Shown: positions 1 through 12,801, counted from the first letter of the stretch. The stretch: 64,000 bases of DNA from Selaginella moellendorffii (GCF_000143415.4 NW_003314397.1:248001-312000); one strand, 5' to 3'. Notes: generated by a model not told the origin, from the letters alone. Numbers and translations: made by a program.

Positions 1-2050
1 TCATATTCTTGGAAGTGTTCTCTTCATAATAATGCCTATAATATTCATGTTTCTCATAGAATCTTAAATCAAACTTGATAATTTTTACAAAGCACACAGC
101 ACAGATTTAAATCCTATCTTATTATTAAAATACTTTGGTAGAAATTTCTTTTTCAAGAATTTAAATATTTAAGACAAGCTAAAATAGAAGTAAGAATTTT
201 AAATAAGATAGTACAAAGTTACATATTTGCATATGAAATGCAAAGAGATATTAAAATATAGTACAAAGTTAGATTCACAATGAACTTTAATTTTTCTATT
301 TTGTAATGTTTATAGTAAATTACATTTGAAATTTGAGCTCACCTTGTGAGCTTAAGAGTGGTTTGTGCTCAAAAAATCTTAAAATCTTACCTTGTTGTAC
401 AAAAAATAACACAAAGAGATGTTTTTGTAGGAAAGCATATCTAATGGAAGTTTAAATTATTGTATGCCCAGATAAAACAAAAAGTTATATTTGGTCTAGA
501 AAAGGGGAGTTAGTTGAATACCATATCACACTATATAAAGGCTATTGTGTGAATGGCTCTATATTCAAGGCAAACACAAATTTAGTGGTTGTAAATCCAA
601 CATTAAATTATATAATATTTATTTTATATTTTTCAGTTCTCAAGAGTAAATATTATATACTAGTTGTAGTGCATATGATCATGGGATGAGCTTTGGATCT
701 ATTATCAACAAAAAAAAAAGATGTGTTAATTAGAGAAAATGGCAAATATTTAATTCCCATTACTTATTAGTTATTTAAAATATAATATACCATTTTTTAA
801 GATATATTTTTATCTTTAAATTGTATATATTTAGCATTCATTAGTACATTCTTCATTTTATAGGGCATTCACAACGAAAAAATCCACCATAAAACTGTAG
901 TACAAATGGATGACTATATGGATTTACTATAAATGGAGCATTGCAGTACAGATAAATATGCTTCACATGGATTTGCTAGAAATGTTGCTGTTAATACATT
1001 CTAGTTCTTGGTTTTATATGTTTTGATCATATATGCATCTTTCCTATCAAGAACTTATTGAGGGAGCATTCTCTCTCATTCTAATACCTCTTGGTGGCAT
1101 TTTCATATGGTTTTAGATATAGTTTCATCAATTTCCAAAAGTGTTTTTTCATAGTAACAAAACAATATAAATTTCAGTTGGGGATATGTTGGAAATTTAA
1201 AGAACATTTGCTTATGTTTTATATAGATCAAATAGCTGAAAATCATTTATAAAGTCCCAAAAATCTACATATCTTGCAATACTTGATGAGTGATGTTAAA
1301 ACCTTTTATTTATTTGCATAGAGAAACAAATTCTTTCAAGCTTGCACAAGTTGAAGAGATAATTTCTTTGCAATTTGATACTACCTGCTATAAGTTTATA
1401 ATAATTCTACCAACAAGAACAAAATACATCACCTTTAGAACTTCTACAAAAGAAACATCATAAGAATTAGGCATAAAAGAATTTAACTCCAGTGCTGATT
1501 GGATGGTTGGCTATGACAGGAATAAACACTATAATGTATATACCATATATCCATATGCTGGTTTGGCAGTTGTATTTGATAGATTAATAATACTAGAGCA
1601 ATTATAATGGTTTTTAGTTGATCAAATAGTTATTTTACTTAAATCATGATTTATAATGGAATTTGAAATAATTTTCTATGCGTTGCATGTAACAACATTT
1701 GGTTTGCTTAATAGTAGTGTTATTCCTACTTATTAATCAAATTGATCAAATAAAAGTTTATAATATATAAACACAAGATCAACAGTAGAATAAAAAAGAA
1801 TATATTAGAAAGCAAGATTAATCTAAATGAATAACAACCGTTAGATGGTAAAATATCCAAGCATATTTTAGTATATTCACTACCATAATACTTTGACTTA
1901 AAGTGTTCTTAATTTTAATTTTCTTAAGAGATGTCGTACATGATCAATTGATGACAAACATTACCCCGTATTGGTATAAATAGAGTTCAAATTGTTCAAA
2001 CTTGGGCAAACTTAGTAAGATATATTACATTCGATTGAACACATTTACGA
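1..2050. mobile_element. AT-rich, CpG-depleted degenerate repeat/TE relic (family not identifiable)
   Basis: Abrupt compositional contrast with the genic DNA. Almost no CG dinucleotides and no ORF >=60 aa, consistent with a methylated, deaminated TE relic. No diagnostic termini or domain recognised. Confidence 0.5.
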
Positions 2051-2095
2051 GTAATTGTCTTAATAATATCTTTTGTAGAGTGTAATCTCACAAAT

Positions 2096-3258
2096 CTAGT
2101 CCATCAAGGACGCAGCGGTGTTTGCCTGCAAGACTCCGTCTCGGAGCTGCTGGGCAATGTCACTGACATGCGCGGGTCCATGAGGGATGAAGACCGCAGA
2201 GGTTTTGGAGCTGGCGCCAATGTCTTTGAGGGTGTCAAAGTACTGCGTGATCATCACCATCTCCATCACCTCCTTGGCGGACGTGCCGGGAACGTCTTGC
2301 GAGAATGTCAAGACACTCTCCCTCAGACCGTCGGTGATGGCCTGCCGCTGCCTCGCCACCCCAACCCCTGATAGATATTTGGACTCGGCATCCCCCTCGG
2401 CCCTCTTGACTTGCAATATCTTCTCGGCCTCGCCCTTCTCCACGGCCGCCATCCTCATCCGCTGAGCTGCGTATGATCCAATCTCAAAGTTACCATCAGT
2501 GATCGATCAAAGCTCTCGGCTCTTGTTACCTGCGTTGATCTCGTTCATCGCCCTCCGAACCGCAGCGTCAGGCAGGATGTCGACGATGAGTATCTGCTCT
2601 ATGCTGTATCCATACGCGCTCATCACCTGTGCCGCGTCATTTTGATCATCTCGCTCGCTCGAGCAAAAAGAATTCGATTCAAAAACTGACCTTTTCGAGC
2701 TCCTCCGACACAGACTTGGCGATCTCACTCTTCTGCTCAAAGACATCGTCCAGTGAAAGCTTAGGAACTGACGCACGGATGACTGCCATGACAACGAAGA
2801 AAAGATTGAATGGATTCCGGAAATAAATTCTCACTCACCATCGAAAACGTAGGAGCGGATCTGTTGCTCGGGATTTTGCAGCTCGTAGAAGGCATCGTCC
2901 GCGTTCCCTCGCACCACGCGGTACTGGATGGAGCAATCGAGGGACACAAACACGTTGTCCTGCCAAAGCATACATAAGTACCCAAGGAGCAAAAATAAGA
3001 ACAAAGGAAGGAGCAAAGCTAAGAACACAACCAAGAGCCAAATCAAAGAGCAAACAGAGATTAAGATGGAACACAAACCTTGGTCTTGGTCTCGCACCGC
3101 ACATCCAAGTACTGGACCTTGAGAGACAGAGTTCCAGCCACGAATTCGCCCAGACACGGCACTATACAGCTGAATCCAGGCTCCAGCACGCGCACAAACC
3201 TTCCCCACTTCTCCAGAATCCCGACGCTCGCCTGATCGACGCACACCCAGCAAGCCAT
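2096..3258 (-). CDS. HIR: Hypersensitive-induced response protein (SPFH/band-7 family), 5 exons
   Basis: Exons give [21 protein letters not shown]...DVRCETKTK|[15 protein letters not shown]...IRSYVFD|...|[20 protein letters not shown]...MNEINA|...[31 protein letters not shown]...FIPHGP. GT-AG introns. Confidence 0.95.
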
Positions 3259-3625
3259 CCTGAGCTAGAGCTCTTTACCCAATTGCGCTTCTTGTTTTAG
3301 GGTTCTTGGGGTTAAGCTCATTTATAATGTGCGCTCCACCGCCTCGAGCCATGGCGATTGTCACAACGGCGTTTCTTGGCCGATCCTTGCCATAGCCACG
3401 CCGATCGCGAAATTCTCGGCAAGATGTCCACCAGGTACGTGTTCTAGCTTGCTATCTTCCATGTCTGGATTATTCCCCGGTTTGCCATGGCTGAATAGAA
3501 CGTTTCTCCAACGGTGGGGATTAGCTCGGTGGCGAAATGCTAGCGGCTGAGATGCGTCCAGGTGGCAAACTGAACACGCGCGAACAAGGAAAACGCAGGG
3601 CTTTGCGGGAGGAGCGCAGAGAAGA

Positions 3626-4464
3626 ATGGCGAGCTTTTTTGGGATGACAAAGCTGGGGACTCGGCACCTTTTTGACGTGAGTTCTAGGCGGAGGGAACTG
3701 GAGGACAAGCCCAAGCCCAAGCGCAGATCCATTGCCAGCGTCCCCGTCGACGACTTCATCGCAGCTTTTGAAGCCAGAGCTTCCCACAATCTCTCGCACA
3801 CGGTTCGTGCGGTCCAGCTGCCGGAGATTGTCGAGCGTTGCGTGGGGCGGAAGCTGGATCCCAGGGAGCTAGAGCTGTTTCTCAGGTTGGCTGGTTTGCT
3901 CGTTCTGTTGGCTTTTATGATCGCGTGAAAGATTCAATGCAGGCATTTTGATATTCGAGCTGGCAACATAAGGCTGGACGAGTTCAGGAGAGGGCTCCAA
4001 AGATTTCACGGTATCATCTATGACTTTTTCTCGTGTGTTATTTAGTTGACAGAGTTTCTTACGAGAGCTTAGCCGAGCAAGACCACGCGATCCAGTTTGC
4101 CGAGCGGGCAAAAACTCCTGGTAAAGTATCTCATTCCATTTTCTCCAGTGAAAATGATGCCAGTGAAACAAACAGGTGAAGACTTGGCGAGATTTGGCAG
4201 ATACTCCCACCTCCAGGTACAGAAAAATATCAGGAAAAGATAACTAACCAGCTCTTGTTCGTGCAGCTCAAAGATAGGAGACGTCGGGACACTCGCAACG
4301 ACTTTGGACCCATGGACGTACTACAATATCCGCTCACAGCAAACCAGCAATACGGGTGGGGCATCGACACGCGCGTGAGAGCCGGGGACGTCTTCCGCCC
4401 TCATTCATCCACCGACGTCACAAGATCAGAGGGCATTTGCCTGGCGAGTTACTATCTGGTGTGA
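3626..4464 (+). CDS. Putative axonemal microtubule-inner protein with EF-hand-like motif (TEX49/FAP85-like), ~5 exons
   Basis: Spliced reading MASFFGMTKLG...ELELFLR|HFDIRAGNIRLDEFRRGL...|...RYSHLQ|LKDRRRRDTRNDFGPMDVLQYPLTANQQYGW...YYLV*. Donors at 3886, 4011, 4121, 4217. The exon-3 acceptor is uncertain (implies a 35-nt intron). Family call from recalled FFGxTxLG and PLTxxQxxGW motifs. Confidence 0.6.
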
Positions 4465-4700
4465 CAATCGCGAGATCACTGTCTCATCGCTCTGTGGTGA
4501 GTACCACTCGTATTGATCAGTAGAGCACAGAGCTCTAGCAGTCCGCAGTTTCTTTCCGAGACATTTTTTTCTGTGATGATGGGATTTTTAACATCTTTAC
4601 CCTCGTGTTTCTACACTATCACCATCAGATGGTCACAAAACACTTGGATATCTATCCAGGCAAAACAACAAAACGTAAAACGCAAAACCATCTGTGTCTG

Positions 4701-4856
4701 TGCAGCTCAAAGATACCAGACTCCGGGATACTCGCAATGACTTTGGACCCATGGGCGTACTACAATATCCATTCACACTAAACCAGCGGTACGGTGAGAG
4801 CCATCGCCGGACACCGATCAGCGGGGATTTGCATGGCGAGTTACTACCTGGTGTAA
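4701..4856 (+). repeat. Diverged tandem copy of the terminal exon (4261-4464), including its splice acceptor
   Basis: gtgcagCTCAAAGAT...ACTCGCAA.GACTTTGGACCCATGG.CGTACTACAATATCC and ATTTGC.TGGCGAGTTACTA.CTGGTGT are present in both copies. The second copy has an internal deletion and a frameshift. Confidence 0.9.
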
Positions 4857-5760
4857 ATCGAAAGATCATCTCAACGTCGTACGTCTCCAGTTCTAAATTC
4901 GCGGACGAAGGCGAGGAAAAATACCACCACACTTACGGAACCTTTTATAAAATGCGGCCGACCGACAGACGCCGCGGATCTAGGAGAGCTTTGTCCCCTG
5001 TTTTGGCTAAATTCTCACAAACCTTAGCTTATGCCAAGCCAAACGGTATGGAATTATTCGGAGGGCGCCATTCATTGCCGCTTGATTGTTGAGAGTCCCA
5101 GTGCAGTGCAGTGCGGCTCACATTTTTTCAGGTTGTTCCTTCAATTTGGAGGACTTGTCGATGTCCGCCTCTGTTTGGAGCCGTTTTTCTGTGATTTGAT
5201 TCTGAGAGTGAAAGCAATGCTCGCGAGAGCCCAACTTGAGTGCCGATTTTGAAGCATTCCATTGTCATGGCGTTAATGTCATCACGGCCATTCCGAGACA
5301 ACTACACAAACATATTATTTGGAATTCAATGCGCAAAATCTCATCCTTGTCTTCTTTCTTTTTTCTTCTTTTATTTCTGTGGCACTAGCTGGCTGATTCC
5401 ATGCACGCATTATCCGATCGATACATTCCATTTTCTCTGTTTGATCTTTCGGTTCATAGCGAGGAACTTTCGGGAGTCGTCTCGAAACTCAAGTTCAAGT
5501 TCAAATTTTTCTTTTAAATTCCATCTGCAGAGCCATGAATGTTATATCATTTTTTTTTTCTTCCGTCTCTTTTGCTAGTGTTTTATGAGTGAGAATTGTG
5601 AAACATTTCTGCTGCTGGAAGGCACTGATTCGTTTGAAACATTAATAAGCATGTTACTGTTGTTGTGTGTATGTGAGAGAGTGAGTGAATTCTAGGTAGA
5701 CCTAGTTAGCTAGAATTTGTATATGTTGGAGGAGTATTTTTGGAGTCAGGAAGCTCTCCT

Positions 5761-7461
5761 TTATAAGTCACTTGCAGCTGCACTAACATTGCAGCTAAAA
5801 ATCCTTTGAATACCTTGAGCAATCTCATCCACGCTTAGCCTGGATTCCATGCCAATCTGTTGAGAGATTCAAAGAGAACCTTGTCAATCCCAACCAAACA
5901 TATGATATGAAAAACTTGGAACTTACTCTCACGGTGAACGAGTAGAGCACAGTCTGCTCGATTGTGGTAATGTTGGTATGGACAATGCTCATGCACATAC
6001 TCTCCAGCGCCGATATCGTCTTGAGCAACTGACCGGGCCTCCGCTGGGAGAGGATCTTGACGACTGCATCGCTCCCGGCCATCCTTACCTCGATGTCCGC
6101 CACTTCCGACTTGGCCTCGGCGACAATCTGCTTGCAATCGTAAAAGTTGTCGTTGACAAACTTGGAGCTCGAGTCCGCTGCTGTGGGATCCGGATTGTCG
6201 AGAGAAGGAGCGGGAGAGGAAGCATATGGAGGGAAGGGCGGCAGCGGAATGGAGCTCACGGCACTCGGGCTCGGCTTTGGACTGAAAGCGTCGGAATACA
6301 GTCTCCTCCTCTTTTGAGCCTGAAGACATTGCAGGAGCTGCTCCAGCTCCTTTACGAACTCAATGGCACCACCTATGATGGATGCTTGATCGCCCTGCAT
6401 GAGCAATTGACTGGGTCTTGTAGCCGAAAGAAAAAAAGAAGGATGGTCTTACCCTCTGGACGTAAGATCCAGGCATGAGTGACCGCAAAACATTGAGGTG
6501 CTCGTTCATCTGCTTCCTTCTGTTCCTCTCCACTGCAATGTGAGTCTGTCTCTGGCTCTCCACTTCCTCGCTGTTCTTGCATGACTTGATTCTCTTCCGC
6601 TTTGGTCGGTGCTGTGTTCCCGGCGTTTCGGCTCCGGAGCTGGATTGAGAAACGCCACCACCAGCACAGCCTCCTGCCGAGTTGGTCGTACCAGCTACTG
6701 CTGCTGCTACTCCTGCTGTTGCTGCTGCTCCGGCCGCTGCTCCGAGATGATTGGAAATGTCGTCCGAGTTTGCCGATATGGCGGCGCTGTTGAAAGTATC
6801 CACTGCTATAACACTGTTGTGCTCGGCGAGCACGACGGGAGGGGCTTGGAATTCTGGCTCTACCTTGCATGGCTTGAGGAGAGATTCAGCAGCACTTGAG
6901 AAATCCACACTGTCGAGCCCGGCTATGCATTTCTCAGGCCCGACCGACTGATCCGGCTGGTGAATGAGACCCGTTTCTGAGGAGCAGCTCAAAAGTTGCG
7001 GCTGCTGCTGCTTGTGGAGCTTGTCACAAGGCTCCTCCAGAACAGGAAGCTTCAAGTGATGCGTATAGGAATTTGGAGAGCTGGTGTCACTCTCTTCTAG
7101 CATCTGGAGAAGTGTAACCTTTGAGGCCTGGTCAGCTGGGAATTGCAGTATGTCTGGGACCGAGTACCGCCCGCTCGCGGTGGTGGCTCCAATATATGGG
7201 AAATCCGAGCTCAGGTCCGTCAGCAAGTTACCCATAAGAGAAACGTCGGTGCTATCCATGGCGCTGGAGTCGGCAGCAGAAGCATGATATGGAGAAAACA
7301 GTAGAGAGTGATTCTGGTATTCGACGCTGCTGCTTGTTGAGGCCATAAACCTTGGCATCTGTGTGTTCATGAAGCAGCAAATGTTTGTAAGAATTTGCTG
7401 ATCTAGTGAATGTAGAGCAGACAAGACAACTTACAACACAAGTGGTGGCTGCCTCTTCCAT
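5761..7461 (-). CDS. SMF: Group Ia bHLH stomatal transcription factor (SPCH/MUTE/FAMA-like, SMF)
   Basis: [36 protein letters not shown]|[24 protein letters not shown], plus the C-terminal SMF/ACT-like domain ADIEV...[14 protein letters not shown]...[16 protein letters not shown]|[13 protein letters not shown]. Stop TAA at 5761-5763. Start is either ATG 7461 (short first exon) or ATG 7358. Confidence 0.93.
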
Positions 7462-10400
7462 TTCAGCTGAGTGCGTTCCTTGTGCATGCAGATGAAAGAA
7501 TTCTGCCCAGAGAGAATAGAAGGCGGTCAGGCGAAAAACAAAACGAGAGAACGATCAAGAAAAGGGAGCTAACCGACACATATACGCTTGGATTGGGTCC
7601 AGAGACGAAAAAGCTACAAGATCACAGTCTTGTAGAGCCACCAAAGGGGAAGTAATATAACAGGAGCAGCCTTGTGTCGGGGAACAGGTTCCTCCGCATG
7701 ACTTAAATGACTCCAGCAGGCACCCGAACCGGGATACCCTTTCGGGGGATTTGCTGCTGAACTCCTCCCGCATTCAATGCCTGTGCTCCTCCAACATTAA
7801 AGCAGTCCCTCAGAGAACAAAAGTCAGGCGGTTTTTCTGGAGACAGCCCAAGAACAAAAAAGTCTCCGCTAATCAGTTCCTGAACCAGAAAACCCCGCAA
7901 ACTGATCGATCAATCATCTACAAGAAGCGGAAGAAGTGCAAAAGCGATGCTAGCTCAAGACAGGAACCGATGAGATGACGACCACCACCACGAGCGACAG
8001 AGAGTGCCGCTCCGCTCGTCTTCACTTGCTCGCCGCTTGGTTATAAGCTTCGTTGTTAGCAATAGACGGCGTCAGAGTGGCATTTATGCAAGTTTTAGTG
8101 ACTCGCTCGCTCGCTGCTAGTGAGTGTGAGTAAGTGACACTGCACATTTAACACTTCCACAAGCTACAAGTGAAGGAATGAGCAAGCAGCTCTCTCTAGC
8201 TCAAAGAAAAGGGTGAGAAAGAAATGGAGATCTTGATTGACAGACCCACCTGTTCTTTAAAGCTCAGCTCTATTGCAACTTTAAAGGCCTCCTGTAAACT
8301 TGTGTGCATCGCATTGTTATAATAATATAATGGAGCCTTGCAGCAGGGGAGAGAAACAACAAGCTCCTTCTTTTTCCCCTCCCTCAATGTTCTTGTAAAG
8401 CTCCCCCCAAGTATCATGATCACCATCATCATCATGGCTGGGCAAAGCTCAACTTTGTGCAATGGTACAAGCTTCTTAGAACTGCTTGGCGCTTTGACTC
8501 AAACAAAGCCAATTTAAAAGCTCCTCTTCTAAGTTGTTTTCTTTTCCTTGCCCCTTTTTTCGATCCTAGGTAGAAATGGAAGGGAGCCGCGCTTCGGTTT
8601 CGTTTGTTTGCTTGTGCTCTTGTTCCTTGTGTGTTTGTTTATTCAGCAGTGGCATATATGCGATTCTCCGGGTAATCCAAGCACTAGCGATAATTAAGTA
8701 CCATTGGCGCTGCCAGGCAAGTCGCAGGGAGTGGCCGAAGAAAAAAAAATACACTACAGCCATGATGACACTATGATAGGCATGCATTGCCTAACGATCA
8801 TGTATAGATGCATCCATATCCATGGAGCGAAAATCGAAATGATAAAAAAGAGAAAAAAAGAAAAAGAGAATATGAATGATTCGTTGACATCTTCCCGCCG
8901 TCGATTCCGCAGATGTGAGTACTGTCTAACAAATTGCTGGAGCGCCACCAGGGTGGCAAGCGAATATTCATCACACTCGTCAGGATGTTCGATAGGGATA
9001 TATGAGATTTATAGCATGTGAGAGTCAGGTCAGGCCCCGAAGCAAATCGCGATCGCTGCTGGTAACAAGGAAAGCTATCTGTTTGTTTGCTTGTATACTC
9101 TGTACAAAACAACTACTATCCTTTTAAGAGCAGTCTACTGAGACTTAAACTTGGAAGTGAGTACAAGCTCTCACACATGTAAATGTATCTATAATATAGA
9201 GAGCTGTGCGCTTGCAAGATGAGCGGAAGAAAGCAAGCGAGAGCACTGATAGGGAGAGCGCGTGTTAGCTGGAAAGCTTCCAGAAAACGAAGGTTTTTCC
9301 CTGCCAGTCAAATGGCCTGTGCCTAAACTGCCAGAATGCTAGAGTCGGCGATGTTGATCTCTAGGGACACCTTGGTCTCTCTTTGTCTATCTACAATCCG
9401 GCCACTTCTACTGCGGCTCAGGCTCTTCCACCCTGGAGAGAGGCCAGGCCTGTACGATCTGGGATTCGGTTCACCCGCTCTTGGCTCGCTTGCAAGCGCG
9501 CTCGCACTTTTCGCGCAACTGCTGTGATTTTCCTCGCTTGCTTGCTGCGACACCCTACACTGCATGTGGGTGTCACTGTTTGTTCGGATTGGGCAACTGT
9601 AAGTTATGCCACAGCTACACACGCTATTACTTAAAAAACATTTGCCACCTAATTACGCACGTCATGCAAGTTTACTGCCGCAAACCAATCGAGATTTGAG
9701 AATCGATGTTATATTAAACCTAACGCGTAAAGGTGGTGGTGGCTGTCGGCAGCAGCATCCTTGCTGTCGGTGAAGTTATATGAGGAGATTCCCGCAAGAT
9801 GCTTCCATGCACGCATTGCGTTGCCATCGCCAGGGGTGGCCTACGTGGCGACGTGGAACTTTCCATGCCCCACGCGCGAATATTCCGTCAGGCGTCCCGC
9901 GTCCGCGTTTTGGCCATGTGCTTTGGGCAGACGGTACGGAAAGCTGCCGGGCCATGCGATGTGATAGCCATGGCATGTCGCGATGCCCTTGACTTACATG
10001 GCCCCCCCATGCATGCATGTACCGCGCCCACGTGGCTTCCCCCATGCATGCATACTATGACACACAATGGCCATTGTGTAGGTGTACTTGTAGAGGCGCC
10101 CCTTCCGTACGTATGGAGTGTTTTTAACCAGGGGAATAAACAAATGTGGGGTGCAGGAGGTTGAAAGGAATGTTATCGTTAAATAGCCTGCGAAAATATT
10201 TACTTTGACAGCTGATCAGGTAAAATAGTACGCGGGGCATATTTCCCCGGGCAGATAAAAAAGAATTTTGTGGTTGTCGTGAACAAGGCCGCAACCCGAT
10301 GACAGCCCTTCCCCCGCGAATTGCAACTGTTTATTACTTCACCCCGTTCTGTTTTGCTGCTTGCTTCCAGAATGCGAATGTGACTTCAGGGGCAGAATTT

Positions 10401-12801
10401 AAGGCATAAATGGTATTAACATCAGACCAAAAGTTTGTTTGAATCTACCCGAAGAATGATCGGTAATAAACTGTTTTCGAGTGTAATAAGTAATAGTCTG
10501 CTGAGACTAATAAGTAAACAGCCCGAAGTGCAAATCAAAACAACAACGTTCTTGACTTTTTTTTATGTAATCTTCATTCACTACTGCATGTATTAGCCAT
10601 ATGCTGTAGAAAGGCAGAATGCCATGAGTGTAAGGATGGCGCTTTGGTCTTCCCAACAAAGACAAGTTTGCTCGAAGAAGACTTTTGGCCAGTTGGGATG
10701 ATGGGTATATCTTCTGGAATCTCAAAAACTCAAACATCACACGTAGAAAGGTTCATGATTGCAGATTTTGCATAGCAAATTCTAGAGAATTTTAGAAAAC
10801 TTCCTCTCGTATGAATCAACGTAAAAATCCTGGCTTGACTTCCGTTTAACTAATCATGACTTGCTTTTGGGAGCTTCAATTGACCTCGCCAGTATGCATA
10901 TTGACCGGGCTTTAGGCCTGGAAGAATGCAAACTATCCCCCCTTGGAACCGCCTCGAACAGTTAAAACAAATAGTTAGTAGATCCAAATTCTTGAGCTGG
11001 TGTATGCTGACAGCGATTGAAGCGATCAAGGCGAGAAAAAGAAAGCTTAGGAAGACATCCCAACAAAGGAAGGAAGCCTGGCTGTAACAATCTATACTGC
11101 TTCTTTCTGGCTCGAGGGAGTGGAAGCAATCTAGGTAGATGGAGGATCATACCTATAAAAATTTGACATTGTCGAGAAAGTAGCATCGTAAGTGATGGTG
11201 ACAAGAATTGGGCCTCTTGTTTGTACAACATGGAGGGCAAGCAAGCAAAGCAAATTTATATATATTATGTAGACCATATCAAGGATGGCCAACGTTTCAT
11301 GTTTCCACTGCTTGGAACTAGTAGGTACCACTGTAGGGTCCCTGAGTTGAAAAGAAGTGAGATCTTGAGGTCCCACGTCGTACACATATATTCGCCACGT
11401 ATATACAAGGGAGAGACTACATGCGTTCATGGAAGTGTGTGCGGCACTAGATTTGCATATTGTGTTTAAAATGCATTGTTTCGGCTCGAGCTTCCATGGT
11501 TTCGGTCATATTTTGACAGGGCTGTGGCCACACGGACACAAAGATACTTCCCGGCATATGAATGACCCCAAATGCTACTTACAAACTTTTATATGCATGC
11601 ATGAATCATCGGTACGTGGTGGTGGGAATCTGCTCCCAAATACGGGGTCGTAAACTGTCTAGCAACTTGTACAAGACGACACTTGCAAGAAATATACGTA
11701 ATGTGTCCAGCGGGCATGGAAGAATAAAGAGATTGAAATGCCGTCGCTACGTTATATGGATGGGAATCGGGTTGGCAGAAAGAGCGCGGGCTAACCAAGG
11801 ACTAACTATGGCGGTTTAAAAGTAACTTGGTTGGGAAATATAAATATAAAATGGTCTGAACAGTCTGAAACAACGCGGCATTGGAAGCTTTTGGTGCCCG
11901 TCTCTACATTTGCATGGCTACATGGTTTGGTTTTTGGCAAATTTATATTCGGGGAGACTAGCGTGTTTGAAAGACGGGAAAGTTGGGTCTCTTTTGCAGT
12001 GCATTGACTTGGGGAGAAAGGATCGTGTTTTCATGTGCTCGGCTGCTTGTGATGCCGGGGATTCTCTTTCTTCTGGTCCTGTTGCAACGCTTACAGATGT
12101 CTGCCTGATTGAGAGGGTGGTGGCTTTTCTGAAAGTTTTGAGTTTTGTGTGAAAGTGTGTCCGTTCCCTGGCTATGGAGAAGAGCAGAATAGTCGCCGAA
12201 AGAATTGTAACAAAGAGTGACCTTTACACCGTGTGTGCACGCAGGGATTTTGGACGAGAGCTTCGAATACAAAAACTTCCCCTCAAGCGCGTTGCTAAAG
12301 TTCCAATCCGTGCGAGTCGATCCATGACACGAGAAGCTTCCGCCTTTTCCCCTTTGTCGTGGGGACGCAGTGGATTTGATGGGCGATGCAATCCCGTCTC
12401 TGGAAGTAACACAACACAACAAAACGAGTTGTTTGAGTGAGCCACAGTTTGTCTGGAGGAAAGGGCCCAGGCCTACCGCATCTCGACTCACCTCACCTCG
12501 CTGGAGCAAAACAACAAACCAAAAGAATGGATGGATGGCTGCCAATCCAACCACCAGTAGCTAGCAAGACACGATCGAATCCAAATTTTAGTTCCCTCGT
12601 CTGTGCTTTGTGCCGAAAGCTAGAGCTAGAAAGAAAGCAAGCTCCTTTGACGCATACTTATCTATCTATATATGAACGCCTTGCGGATGACATCCTTGGA
12701 CATGATAGATGCCTCTCAGTCAGCTTCCGGCTATACAGTTATAGATGTCAAACCAAGAAATTGAAAAGATGGAGAACAGTACGAGGATTCAGACAAACCC
12801 G

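Noticed and set aside
3259-3625. DUO1/MYB sperm-specific cis-elements upstream of the flagellar-like gene
   Set aside because: Only short CAACGG/CGGTT words, expected by chance.
7900-12600. Possible conserved miRNA hairpins, tRNA or snoRNA in the long intergenic tract
   Set aside because: No match seen by eye to miR156/159/160/166/171/319/396/408 mature sequences or tRNA boxes. Lineage-specific RNAs cannot be excluded without Infernal or sRNA data.
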